The notes under the pieces were generated by a model. That model made no database searches and was not told the DNA's origin. It was given only the letters and a program-made list of their open reading frames with translations. A DNA stretch of 64,000 nt from Coleofasciculus sp. B1-GNL1-01 (GTDB taxonomy: Bacteria > Cyanobacteriota > Cyanobacteriia > Cyanobacteriales > Coleofasciculaceae): NCBI GenBank assembly GCA_040220235.1, contig JAVJTO010000070.1; one strand, written 5' to 3'. The position numbers and the translations under genes are program-made. Shown piece by piece: positions 10,737 through 20,759 of the stretch; position 1 is the stretch's first letter; each line of letters opens with the position of its first letter.

Positions 10737-11660
10737 ATGGAATCTCATTCTCATCCATTTGTATCCGTCATCATTCCCGTCTATAATGACGCCGAGCGTC
10801 TGAAGCTTTGTTTAGAGGCTTTGGAAAATCAGACCTATCCCAAAACAGGATATGAAGTGATTGTTGTCGATAATGCATCTGACGAAGCAGCGGATATTAA
10901 AGGGGTAGTCGCTCAATTTGGTCAAGCGATCGCGGCTTATGAAAGCACGCCTGGTTCTTATGCAGCTCGGAACAAAGGGATATCTTTGGCGAAAGGTGAG
11001 GTGATTGCTTTTACTGATGCTGACTGTATTCCAGCATCGGATTGGATTGAAAAGGGAGTTCAACATTTACTCAATACACCCAACTGTGGTTTAGTGGCAG
11101 GAGAAATCAAAATTTTCTTCAAAAATCCTGAGCGACTCACACCTGTAGAACTTTTTGAAAAAGTTACCGCTTTTGAGCAAAAAGACTATCTGGAAAACTA
11201 CAAATATGGGGCAACAGCCAACTTATTTACGCTCAAAACCGTAATTGAGCGGGTTGGATCTTTTAATTCTAGTCTGAAATCAAGCGGAGATGTAGAGTGG
11301 GGACAGCGGGTTGCTGCGTTTAATTATCAACAGGTTTATGCTGCCAATGCTTGTGTCGCTCATCCGGCGCGATATTCCTTTAAACAGCTCTATAAAAGAA
11401 CAACTCGAATCGTGGGTGGGTTTTATGATCTACACTGGAATAAAAATCATCTGATTTTACAGCGCAATAGGATATTAATCCAGGCACTCTTAGCCGATCT
11501 ACTGCCACCACTAAATTTTGTAGTTAAAACATTTCGAGATATTCGATTAAAGGGAATTGAGGAAAAGCTAAGAGTGTCTTTGGTTATGTTTTTTGTTAGG
11601 TATGTAAGTGCTTGGGAAAGGATACGATTAATGATAGGGGGTGCTTCAATTCGAGAATAG
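10737..11660 (+). CDS. GT2 glycosyltransferase
   Basis: VSVIIPVYND, VVDNAS, GSYAARNKG, FTDADC. Confidence 0.92.
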   Translation: MESHSHPFVSVIIPVYNDAERLKLCLEALENQTYPKTGYEVIVVDNASDEAADIKGVVAQFGQAIAAYESTPGSYAARNKGISLAKGEVIAFTDADCIPASDWIEKGVQHLLNTPNCGLVAGEIKIFFKNPERLTPVELFEKVTAFEQKDYLENYKYGATANLFTLKTVIERVGSFNSSLKSSGDVEWGQRVAAFNYQQVYAANACVAHPARYSFKQLYKRTTRIVGGFYDLHWNKNHLILQRNRILIQALLADLLPPLNFVVKTFRDIRLKGIEEKLRVSLVMFFVRYVSAWERIRLMIGGASIRE

Positions 11661-11724
11661 CTGTCTAGGAGTTGTGAAAATAAAGGTTGAGCAATCTCGC
11701 CGTATTGAGAAAGAAAAAAATGTT

Positions 11725-12996
11725 ATGAAAATTGCGTTCATAGTCGGTCAGTTTCCCACGTTATCGGAGACGTTTATCTTAAATCAGATTACAGGTCTTC
11801 TCGACCGAGGGCATGAGGTTGATATCTACGCGGATCACCCCGGTGATTTGACTAAGCTGCATGATGATGTGGTGACTTACCGTCTGCTTGATCGCACTTA
11901 CTATCTCCCTGAAATTCCAGCTAATCTTTTCTGGCGTGTGGTTAAAGGTTGCGGTGTATTCCTATCTAAATTTGTGCAATCGCCTAGAGATACCTGGGAA
12001 TCCCTAAATTTTCTCAAACATGGAGAGCAAGCGATATCACTTTGGTTGCTTTACACGCTGATTCCTAATTTTCAACAAAACTATGACATTATCCATTGTC
12101 AGTTCGGAACCGTTAGCTTCAGAGGTATGGCGTTCCGGGCTGTCAATTCGCCGAATGCCAAGTTAATTACGATTTTTCGAGGACACGATATCAGCAATTT
12201 TGTTCAAGAACACGGTGAAACTATTTATAATCCTTTATTTAAAAGGGGAGACTATTTTCTGGCAAATTGCGAGTTTTTTAAGCGCCGCACGATCAAACTA
12301 GGCTGTCCTCCGGAAAAAATCAGAGTGCATGGTTCGGGGTTAGACTATAGCCGTTTCCCCTTTAAACCTCGTCACTTTCCTCAAGATGGTTTAATTCGCA
12401 TCGCCACGACAGGACGTTTAGTGGAAAAGAAAGGGATTGAATATGCTATTCGAGCAGTGGCGAAAGTTTTAGACCAGTATTCTAACTTGGAATACATCAT
12501 TATTGGGGAGGGACTATTACGCCCGGAATTAGAGCAACTCATTCAGTCCCTTAACGCTGAAAAAGCGATTAAGTTAGTGGGGCAAAAATCTCAAGCGGAA
12601 TTAATTACATTACTAGAGAATTCTCACTTATTTATTGCACCAAGCGTGACGGCGGCTGATGGCAATCAGGATGCTCCCGTTAACGTTCTCAAAGAAGCAA
12701 TGGCGATGGGTCTACCTGTGATCAGTACCCTTCATGGAGGGATTCCAGAGCTAGTTGAAGAGGGGGTATCTGGCTTCTTAGTCCCAGAACGAGATGCCGA
12801 TGCGATCGCGGATCGGTTAATTTACTTAATTGAGCATCCTGAACGTTGGTCGGCAATGGGACAAGCCGGACGCTTGTTTGTGGAACAACATTATGATCTT
12901 AATCGTTTAAATGATGCCCTTGTCGCCCTTTATCAATCGCTACTTCAGGGTGACTCAGTTCCTCACCCCGAGGTGGCACTCCCCTTAAGTACATAA
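11725..12996 (+). CDS. GT4 glycosyltransferase, WcaL-like
   Basis: MKIAFIVGQFPTLSETFILNQITGL, GRLVEKKG, EAMAMGLPV...HGGIPE. Confidence 0.9.
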   Translation: MKIAFIVGQFPTLSETFILNQITGLLDRGHEVDIYADHPGDLTKLHDDVVTYRLLDRTYYLPEIPANLFWRVVKGCGVFLSKFVQSPRDTWESLNFLKHGEQAISLWLLYTLIPNFQQNYDIIHCQFGTVSFRGMAFRAVNSPNAKLITIFRGHDISNFVQEHGETIYNPLFKRGDYFLANCEFFKRRTIKLGCPPEKIRVHGSGLDYSRFPFKPRHFPQDGLIRIATTGRLVEKKGIEYAIRAVAKVLDQYSNLEYIIIGEGLLRPELEQLIQSLNAEKAIKLVGQKSQAELITLLENSHLFIAPSVTAADGNQDAPVNVLKEAMAMGLPVISTLHGGIPELVEEGVSGFLVPERDADAIADRLIYLIEHPERWSAMGQAGRLFVEQHYDLNRLNDALVALYQSLLQGDSVPHPEVALPLST

Positions 12997-13018
12997 CAAC
13001 TATCACGGAGGATTTTAT

Positions 13019-14101
13019 ATGACTCTCACGACTCACCCATCTACCTCTAATACCCTATCCTCAGAGCAACCCCAGGTTACGATTGTGGTTGTTCCCCGCG
13101 AGCGATTTAGCTGTGCGCGTCGGTCTCTAGAGAGTGTATTTGCTCACACTCAATTGCCCTATAAGCTAATCTACGTCGATGGGAATTCTCCTGCACCCGT
13201 TCGACACTATTTGGAACAGCAAGCGGAGGCAAAAGGGTTTCAGCTATTACGCACAGAGTATTACCTTTACCCCAACCAGGCAAGAAACCTAGGTTTATCT
13301 CAAGTCGATACCAAATATGTCGTCTTTTTAGACAATGATGTCATTGTTTCACCCAATTGGCTCACCACTTTAGTACAGTCGGCGGAGGAAACAGATGCGG
13401 CGGTCGTCGGTCCTCTGATGTGTCAGTATGAGCCGATTCATGAAATTGTCCATTTCGCTGGTGGAGAATCTCATATTTGGGTCGATCAAACGGGACGGCG
13501 GCGGCTGCGGGAGAAAATGTATGACCAGGGAAAACCTGTTACAGAAGTTCGCGATCGCCTTGAGCGCACTCAAACAGAGTTAGCCGAATTTCACTGTGTA
13601 TTAGTCCGTCGGTCTATTTTCGATCAGGTGGGTCAACTGGATGAAGCGATGCTCAACACCAAAGAGCATTTAGATTTTTGCATGAGCGTTCGCCAAGCCG
13701 GAGGTGCCGTTTATTTTGAACCCGCTTGTATCGTTACCTATGTTCCCGGACCCCCTCTGAAGTGGTCTGATTTGCATTTCTATATGCTGCGCTGGAGCGA
13801 TGCTTGGACATTCGCTAGCTTGATGCATCTGCAAAAGAAATGGGATCTGGCTGAAGACAGCTATTTTCAAACGAAATACAAAAAGCTGCAAAAGGGGTGG
13901 CGGAGAAGAGGCACGATTATTATTCCTTTGGTTCGTTTTTTAACCTTTGGTATCGGCAGCGGCAAATTGGAAAGTCTTTTAATTAAGCCAGAACAGTTAC
14001 TGAATCAAACCTTAACCACTCGCCATGCTAAACAACAACGACAGCAACAGTCTGCCACTTCACCTGCGCCAAACTTAGTCTCCAGTCCAGCTAATCATTA
14101 A
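13019..14101 (+). CDS. GT2 glycosyltransferase (paralogue of 30766-31827)
   Basis: VVVPRERFS, YVDGNSP, ARNLG, FLDNDV, EFHC, EHLDFC. Confidence 0.9.
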   Translation: MTLTTHPSTSNTLSSEQPQVTIVVVPRERFSCARRSLESVFAHTQLPYKLIYVDGNSPAPVRHYLEQQAEAKGFQLLRTEYYLYPNQARNLGLSQVDTKYVVFLDNDVIVSPNWLTTLVQSAEETDAAVVGPLMCQYEPIHEIVHFAGGESHIWVDQTGRRRLREKMYDQGKPVTEVRDRLERTQTELAEFHCVLVRRSIFDQVGQLDEAMLNTKEHLDFCMSVRQAGGAVYFEPACIVTYVPGPPLKWSDLHFYMLRWSDAWTFASLMHLQKKWDLAEDSYFQTKYKKLQKGWRRRGTIIIPLVRFLTFGIGSGKLESLLIKPEQLLNQTLTTRHAKQQRQQQSATSPAPNLVSSPANH

Positions 14102-14128
14102 TGACAATTTCCTTAGTTAATCAGATAC

Positions 14129-15064
14129 ATGGAACAATTTCTCTTTTCAGTAATTATCCCCAGCTATAACCGCCCCCAGCAACTTACGGCTTGTCTGGAA
14201 TCTCTAACTCAGCTTGAGTATCCGCGCGATCGCTTTGAAGTGATTGTGGTGGACGATGGCAGTGACAGCCCCTTGGACACAGTGGTGGCTCCCTTTAAAG
14301 ACTCACTCAACCTAAGGCTGATTCGACAGAACAATGCCGGACCTGCAGCAGCACGCAACGGTGCAGCTCAACAGGCACACGGGAAGTATCTTGCTTTCAC
14401 CGATGATGACTGTAGACCAGCGACGAATTGGTTACAAGCGCTAGAAAACTGCTTCACGGCAACACCTGATCGCATTGTCGGCGGTCGAACGGTGAATGCC
14501 CTAGCTGATAATCCTTACTCCACAACGAGTCAGAACATTATTAGTATGGGGTACGCCCACTATAACGCCATTGCCGACCAAGCCCGCTTCTTTGCCTCCA
14601 ACAACATGGTTGTACCTGCCGATCGCTTTCGGGAACTGGGCGGGTTTGATCAAAGCTTCACCACCTCAGAAGATCGGGAATTGTGCGATCGCTGGCTGCA
14701 TCAGGGCTATCAGATGACCTATGCACCTGAAGTCGTCATTTATCATGCTCATCCGATGACACTTCGCAGCTTCTGGAAGCAGCATTTTAGCTACGGACAG
14801 GGAGCCTTCCGCTTCCATAAAACTAGGGCACAGAAAGGCTGGGGAAATTTCCAGATTGAAGGGAACTATTATCTTAATCTTCTCCGCTATCCCTTTGAAA
14901 ATGGGCAGGGAAAACAAGGGTTGGTGCTAACAGCCGTCTTGTTTGTATCCCAGGTGGCAAACGCGGCGGGTTTCTTTTGGGAAATGATTCAGTCCAAAAA
15001 AGCATCACGCTTCAATGGACAAGCCAAGAATCTCAAATTTGAGGAATCCGAACTTTCCCCATGA
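14129..15064 (+). CDS. GT2 glycosyltransferase
   Basis: SVIIPSYNR, VVDDGS, GPAAARN, FTDDDC, GGFD..SED. Confidence 0.92.
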   Translation: MEQFLFSVIIPSYNRPQQLTACLESLTQLEYPRDRFEVIVVDDGSDSPLDTVVAPFKDSLNLRLIRQNNAGPAAARNGAAQQAHGKYLAFTDDDCRPATNWLQALENCFTATPDRIVGGRTVNALADNPYSTTSQNIISMGYAHYNAIADQARFFASNNMVVPADRFRELGGFDQSFTTSEDRELCDRWLHQGYQMTYAPEVVIYHAHPMTLRSFWKQHFSYGQGAFRFHKTRAQKGWGNFQIEGNYYLNLLRYPFENGQGKQGLVLTAVLFVSQVANAAGFFWEMIQSKKASRFNGQAKNLKFEESELSP

Positions 15065-15187
15065 TTCGGGTTACCCAAACTCTTACTGAGGCGCGATCCC
15101 TTACTAAACTCAACACTTAAAACGTCAGACAATCGGAACGCCTAATTTAAATCGAGCATCAAGGCTGATTAGCCGGATATGGTATAA

Positions 15188-16642
15188 ATGTATTCTCTCC
15201 ATCGTAGACAGTTCGTTGTTGGTTCAAAACCATTTACTCTAGACCATTGGTGTAGCAAGCAGCTTGACCCATTGACTTGGATTTCGTTTTGTCCCGAACT
15301 GCGTCTTAGTGTGACCACTGATGCTGAAGGCATACCATGGTGTCTAGTCGGACGAGCTGTGGAAACATTAGAAGCGCAAGCCGATCCTCTTACCGCCATT
15401 CCTCAAACTTCCAGCCGAGACGTTCCCAGTCTGTACCCAAGTTGGGCAGGTCGTTGGGTTTTAATCGGTCAAGGTCAAATGCATCTAGATGCCAGTGGTT
15501 TGTTGGGTTGCTTCTATGGAGTAGACCAAAACCGCGAAGGTTGGTGTTCGAGTAGCCCATCACTACTAACCAGCATTCTCTTCCCAGAGGTTCCCCCAAA
15601 AACCGACCCTAAGACCTTAAAGTACAAAACGGGCATTGCTTGGTTTATCCCGCCGCGATCGCGCTTTGAAGGCATCCGTCGCCTCCTACCCAGCCAAGTC
15701 CTAACCATTCGGGATGCTACCCTTGACCCTAGAGCTTTGATGCCACCGATTAATCCTTCTCTAGATTATAATCACGCTTTAGAACTGTTGAAATCTAGTT
15801 TGGTAACCGGTCTCAAACGGCTGGCTAACCAAGAGAATCAACTTTGGCTAGGACTATCGGCAGGATACGACTCTCGTGTGGTTTTAGCCATTGCTCGATA
15901 TGCAGGCATCGATCTCAAGACATTTACCCGGGTAACCCCTCGTATGTCTTTAGCAGACCGTATCCTGCCGCCTCAACTGGCAGAACTATCGGGATACGAG
16001 CATTTTTTCCTCAAAAAGCGTCAAGGACATCCAGAACGCCAGCACCTAGCCACTACACACACAAACGGTCACGTATCACAGGGAGATGCACAACCCTTTA
16101 TTCATGGTGTCAGGTCTTCTCTCCAAGGAATTTGTATAGGGGGACAATGCTTTGGAGTTGGTAAAGTTCTCTATCGCTCGTTCCCTGAGCAGATTTCTGA
16201 CCCAGAAGAGACGGCGTGTCACATTCTGCACATTAGGCAAGAACCCTTACTATCCAGTACACTAACAGCCCTCACAGAATGGCTAGAGTGGGTACTCCAA
16301 ACTCCCCACGAACATCTTGACTGGCGCGATCGTTTTTACATTGAGCAACGGCTAGCTGGCTGGCAGAGTTCTAAGGAGCAGCTATACGACCTTGATGATG
16401 TTGAGAGGTTTTTCCCAATCAATTCTAGTCGTAATTACTCCCTCCTACTAAGCATAGAAGAAAAGCGGCGCCTAAATTTCCAGCATCAGGTGGAATTGAT
16501 CCAAAGAATTGCCCCTGAGTTACTTAACTATCCGATTAATCCAGATAATTGGTATTTTGGCATGGTTAGAGGACTCTATATACGATTACTCGATGACCCC
16601 CTATATTTGTTCAAGAAAATTAGTAATAAATTCCAGAAATGA
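15188..16642 (+). CDS. Asparagine-synthase-like adenine nucleotide alpha-hydrolase (PP-loop) protein
   Basis: LGLSAGYDSR matches the SGGxDS PP-loop. The N-terminal region (GRWVLI...DASGLLGCFY) resembles a degenerate Ntn domain. Confidence 0.6.
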   Translation: MYSLHRRQFVVGSKPFTLDHWCSKQLDPLTWISFCPELRLSVTTDAEGIPWCLVGRAVETLEAQADPLTAIPQTSSRDVPSLYPSWAGRWVLIGQGQMHLDASGLLGCFYGVDQNREGWCSSSPSLLTSILFPEVPPKTDPKTLKYKTGIAWFIPPRSRFEGIRRLLPSQVLTIRDATLDPRALMPPINPSLDYNHALELLKSSLVTGLKRLANQENQLWLGLSAGYDSRVVLAIARYAGIDLKTFTRVTPRMSLADRILPPQLAELSGYEHFFLKKRQGHPERQHLATTHTNGHVSQGDAQPFIHGVRSSLQGICIGGQCFGVGKVLYRSFPEQISDPEETACHILHIRQEPLLSSTLTALTEWLEWVLQTPHEHLDWRDRFYIEQRLAGWQSSKEQLYDLDDVERFFPINSSRNYSLLLSIEEKRRLNFQHQVELIQRIAPELLNYPINPDNWYFGMVRGLYIRLLDDPLYLFKKISNKFQK

Positions 16643-16673
16643 TCATGTTCAGTATTCATAGATATAAATAGAA

Positions 16674-17576
16674 ATGGAAAAACCATCGAACTGGAACAGA
16701 AAACCAGCGAATACCTTAGACAGAAGAAAATTACAGCTTGAGATAATTTATACTCCCGAAAGCTTACTCAGACACCCCCGACAACTGTTTCGGCAAATGT
16801 GGTATGACTTACTCGCTTCTCGCGAGTTAGCGTGGCGGCTAATGGTGCGCGATATCAGCGCTAAGTATCGTCAGTCAGTCTTGGGAATTGCTTGGGCATT
16901 TATTCCTCCCATCGCCATGGCAGTCGGATTTACCCTGGCAAGTGAAGCCAACATTGTCAATGTCGGTCAAACCGATTTTCCTTATCCTGCCTATGTCATG
17001 TTCAGTACTGCCTTGTGGCAAACCTTTGTTGAATCGTTGAATGGTCCAGTCGAGGCGGTAACCAAGGCAAAGCCAATGCTTGCCCGTGTTAATTTTCCCC
17101 GCGAAGCGGTTATCTTAGCTAAAGTTGGAGAGGTTTTCTTTAACTTTATGATTAAATTAGTTTTGATTATCGGGCTATTTATTTGGTATCGCATTTCCGT
17201 GAGTTGGACATTAATCATAGCTCCAGTTGCTCTTATTCATTTAATTATGTTGGGTACTCTTTTCGGGACATTGCTGTCTCCCTTAGGAGTGCTTTACCAA
17301 GATGTGCAAAAGGGATTAACAATGGTGACAGGCTTCTGGCTATTTCTCACCCCAGTTGTCTATTCCGTTCCTGAATCAGGTTTATTTGGTTTTTTCGTTC
17401 AACTCAATCCGGTTACTCCCTTATTGGTAACCACACGAGAGTTAGCCACAACTGGCATTATTACCGAACCCGTAAACTTTTGGGTCGTCAGTATCTTAAC
17501 GTGGATTGGTTTGCTTCTCACCTGGATTGCTTTCCGGATTGCGCTTCCGTATGTTATAGAAAGGGTAAGCTCATGA
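16674..17576 (+). CDS. wzm: ABC-2 polysaccharide exporter permease (Wzm/TagG-like)
   Basis: RDISAKYRQSVLGIAW, FPREA, FLTPVVY, LNPVT and multiple TM helices. Confidence 0.92.
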   Translation: MEKPSNWNRKPANTLDRRKLQLEIIYTPESLLRHPRQLFRQMWYDLLASRELAWRLMVRDISAKYRQSVLGIAWAFIPPIAMAVGFTLASEANIVNVGQTDFPYPAYVMFSTALWQTFVESLNGPVEAVTKAKPMLARVNFPREAVILAKVGEVFFNFMIKLVLIIGLFIWYRISVSWTLIIAPVALIHLIMLGTLFGTLLSPLGVLYQDVQKGLTMVTGFWLFLTPVVYSVPESGLFGFFVQLNPVTPLLVTTRELATTGIITEPVNFWVVSILTWIGLLLTWIAFRIALPYVIERVSS

Positions 17577-17674
17577 CTGAAGGAAGGCAGAAGAGATTTA
17601 TCCCCATGCTCTTAATTGAGTTAGTGAAAAACTCCAAATTGGATCTCAAGAAAAAATAAGGCAAGTAAAAGAAA

Positions 17675-18991
17675 ATGACTCTTGATGAAGCACAGACCGT
17701 CGAAAAATCATTGATACAAAACAGTTCATCTTCCTTCATTCCCGACTCAGATGGGGTAATTTATGTCAATGGAGTGTCGAAAAAGTTTTGTCGAGATTTG
17801 AAGCGATCTTTGTTTTATGGGGTTGGTGATATCTTCACCGACTTAACCGGTAGATGTCGCCAGAGTAACACGCTACGAACCGGAGAATTTTGGGCGCTAG
17901 ATAACGTTAGCTTCCAGCTACGGCGCGGAGAAGCACTCGGTCTAGTGGGGGCGAATGGTGCAGGAAAAAGTACTTTATTACGCATTCTGAGTGGTCTGAT
18001 CAAACCCGATACAGGTTCCGTCAGAGTTCGAGGGCGAATCGCTCCTTTAATTGCGTTAGGGGCTGGGTTTAATCCAATTTTAACAGGACGAGAAAACATT
18101 TATGCCAATATGGCAATTTTAGGTTTATCAACCCAGGAAATAGAAGAAAAGTTTGAAGATGTGGTTGAGTTTGCCGAAATTCAAGATGCTATCGATGCGC
18201 CTGTGCAAACCTACAGTTCTGGTATGGCGGCGCGATTAGGTTTTGCCTGTGCTATTCACGTTGAACCCGAAATTTTATTGATTGATGAAGTGTTGGCGGT
18301 TGGGGACGTAAAATTCAAAATGAAGTGCCATCATCGGCTGGCTAAGTTAAAAGAAAATGGCACTGCCTTTATTTTAGTTTCCCACAACCCATACACAGTT
18401 TTGAATGTTTGCGAAAACTCTATCTATTTGCGAAAGGGTCAATTAGTGCTGGCGGGAGAAACAGAATCGGTGATTCATCAGTATGAAAAGGATCTATCCT
18501 TATCTGGAACTAGCCCGGTTCCGGGGATGATGACCTTACCCGAAAAACCTAAACATCAAAGTATAGGTCTAGATATTTTAGCACTGTTTTTTCGGGATGA
18601 ACAGGACAATATAATAGAATTTCCTTCGACAGGAGAACCTGCTTCTTTTTGTGTCAAATGCCGAGCTTACGAAGATATTAGTTCAGTTAATCTCGGTGTT
18701 CTAGTGACCTCTTTATCGGGAGAAAGTAATCGCATTCTCAACCTTACGTCTGTCAATGATAATGCCACATTGGATGTGCCTGCTGGACAGTTTGAACTAC
18801 AAATGTATATGCCCTACTGCTGTCTAATACCGGGGGTTTACAGTGCCAAAATCTATGTCAAGCAGGGAGTGCGTTCCTTTGATATTGTGCGCTCTTTTAG
18901 ATTCCGGGTAGACTCCAGGAAGAATACTAGTCGTTGCATGTTCTATCAACCTCGAAGCTGGAGGGTAGTCAACCCAGAGAAGATTAATTAA
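17675..18991 (+). CDS. wzt: ABC polysaccharide exporter ATPase (Wzt) with C-terminal carbohydrate-binding-type domain, copy 1
   Basis: GANGAGKST, YSSGMAARLGF, LLIDEVLAVGD, VSH and a long beta-rich C-terminal extension. Confidence 0.92.
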   Translation: MTLDEAQTVEKSLIQNSSSSFIPDSDGVIYVNGVSKKFCRDLKRSLFYGVGDIFTDLTGRCRQSNTLRTGEFWALDNVSFQLRRGEALGLVGANGAGKSTLLRILSGLIKPDTGSVRVRGRIAPLIALGAGFNPILTGRENIYANMAILGLSTQEIEEKFEDVVEFAEIQDAIDAPVQTYSSGMAARLGFACAIHVEPEILLIDEVLAVGDVKFKMKCHHRLAKLKENGTAFILVSHNPYTVLNVCENSIYLRKGQLVLAGETESVIHQYEKDLSLSGTSPVPGMMTLPEKPKHQSIGLDILALFFRDEQDNIIEFPSTGEPASFCVKCRAYEDISSVNLGVLVTSLSGESNRILNLTSVNDNATLDVPAGQFELQMYMPYCCLIPGVYSAKIYVKQGVRSFDIVRSFRFRVDSRKNTSRCMFYQPRSWRVVNPEKIN

Positions 18992-19049
18992 GCCAATGCT
19001 AGTCCGATTCGGTATAATTTTATAATAATAAAACTACGGATAAATTTTA

Positions 19050-19928
19050 ATGTTATTAAGACTTCTACTGAAAAAACGTAAAAAACTCCCTTTACCCATT
19101 CAATTGAGTCTAGCTCATTTAGCCACTCTGGGAACAAGGCAGAAATTCGCTCACTGGTTCACAGATATAGAAACCTACTGCACGTTTATCGGCTATTCTC
19201 GAAGCGGACATAGTATCGTCGCCGCTTTACTTGATGCACACCCCAATATTGTCATGGCTCATGAACTGCGTGCTGTTAAATATGTTCAGGCTGGCTTTGA
19301 GCGAGATGCCCTATATTATCTCCTGTTTCAAATGACTAGAATTAGAGGACATTCTTGGATGCGCGGGGGTGGGTATACCTACGATGTGCCCGATCAATGG
19401 CAGGGTTCTTTTAAAAAGATTCGGGTTATTGGTAATAAGCATGGCGAGTTTACAGTTAATAACCTGGCGGCTAACCCAGAGTTACTTCAGAAGCTTCGAG
19501 ATGTGGTCAAAGTACCAGTACGATTTATTCACGTTGTCCGCAATCCGTTTGATAATATAGCAACAATGGCGCTCAAGAAAGCCCAGAAGAACGCCCAGCA
19601 TAATTCGTTAGATCTTCAGGCAACTACAGATCGCTATTTCCGGGTTTGTGAATCCGTTATGAAGGTGAAAGAAATGGCGGATTCAGGAGATGTATTTGAT
19701 CTGCGTCACGAAGATTTTGTCAGCGATCCCAAAGCGCAACTGCGTAACTTGTGTCTCTGGTTGGGAGTAGAGCCATCATCAAGTTATTTAGATGCCTGTG
19801 CCAGTATCGTTTTTGAATCACCGAAGAAAAGTCGGCATAAAATAGAGTGGACTGTAGATTTAAAGCAAGAGATTGAAAACAAAATTCATTTATTTCCGTT
19901 CCTGGAAGGGTATACATTTGAACGTTAG
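19050..19928 (+). CDS. Sulfotransferase-family protein
   Basis: FIGYSRSGHS...LDAHP (5'-PSB-like), HVVRNPFD (3'-PB), RHEDFVSDP. Confidence 0.8.
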   Translation: MLLRLLLKKRKKLPLPIQLSLAHLATLGTRQKFAHWFTDIETYCTFIGYSRSGHSIVAALLDAHPNIVMAHELRAVKYVQAGFERDALYYLLFQMTRIRGHSWMRGGGYTYDVPDQWQGSFKKIRVIGNKHGEFTVNNLAANPELLQKLRDVVKVPVRFIHVVRNPFDNIATMALKKAQKNAQHNSLDLQATTDRYFRVCESVMKVKEMADSGDVFDLRHEDFVSDPKAQLRNLCLWLGVEPSSSYLDACASIVFESPKKSRHKIEWTVDLKQEIENKIHLFPFLEGYTFER

Positions 19929-19989
19929 GAGATGAGGAATAAGTTAGAATAATTTAATTGAAATTATTGATTCACGGAAGAGGTCTATT

Positions 19990-20700
19990 ATGTCTGAAGT
20001 TGGTGATACTATATCTGTAGCAAATGCTCGTTGGTCTTTCGGTGGTAGCGTACCGGAAACCTTCGATAACCATGTTGGTCGCTCAGTTCCCCAGTATCAA
20101 CAAGGTCACGGAATTGTGGTGGCGCTGTCTGATTTTTTTATCCGTCCAGGTTCGAGAGTGTATGAACTGGGCTGTTCGACAGGCGAACTCACGAGAAAGA
20201 TGGCTGAAGCGAATAGCGATCGCCATGTCTCTTTTATCGGTCTGGAAATTGAACCAGCAATGGTGGAAGCGGCAAAGCGCAAAACCTCGAATTTACCCCG
20301 GGTTGAAATCCGAGAGGCTGACATTATCGATGCGGAGCTGGAGCCGGCTGATTTGATTGTTGCTTACTATACCATTCAGTTTGTCCAACCCGCCGTTCGG
20401 CAGCTATTGTTCAATAAAATTTACAACAGCTTGAACTGGGGTGGTGGATTTCTCCTGTTTGAAAAAGTGCGGGCTCCTGATGCTCGCTTTCAGGATATGA
20501 TGTCGTCACTCTACGTAGATTTCAAATTACAGCAGGGATTTACTGAGCAAGAGATTGTCAATAAGAGTCGTAGTTTAAAGGGTATACTCGAACCCTTTTC
20601 CACTCAGGGAAATATTGACTTGATGCAGCGGGCGGGCTTTGTGGATATCATGACGGTATTTAAGCACCTTTGCTTTGAAGGCTTTTTGGCAATTAAATAG
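19990..20700 (+). CDS. CmoA (carboxy-SAM synthase)-like class I SAM-dependent protein
   Basis: WSF...FDNHVGRSVPQY, VYELGCSTG, YTIQFV, LLFEK, FKLQQGFTEQEI.K, AGF, all as in the CmoA family. Confidence 0.75.
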   Translation: MSEVGDTISVANARWSFGGSVPETFDNHVGRSVPQYQQGHGIVVALSDFFIRPGSRVYELGCSTGELTRKMAEANSDRHVSFIGLEIEPAMVEAAKRKTSNLPRVEIREADIIDAELEPADLIVAYYTIQFVQPAVRQLLFNKIYNSLNWGGGFLLFEKVRAPDARFQDMMSSLYVDFKLQQGFTEQEIVNKSRSLKGILEPFSTQGNIDLMQRAGFVDIMTVFKHLCFEGFLAIK

Positions 20701-20759
20701 CAGCGCCGTGGAAAACGCATAAGATTGTAATAAAACAAACATTAAGAGAATAAGAAAAG

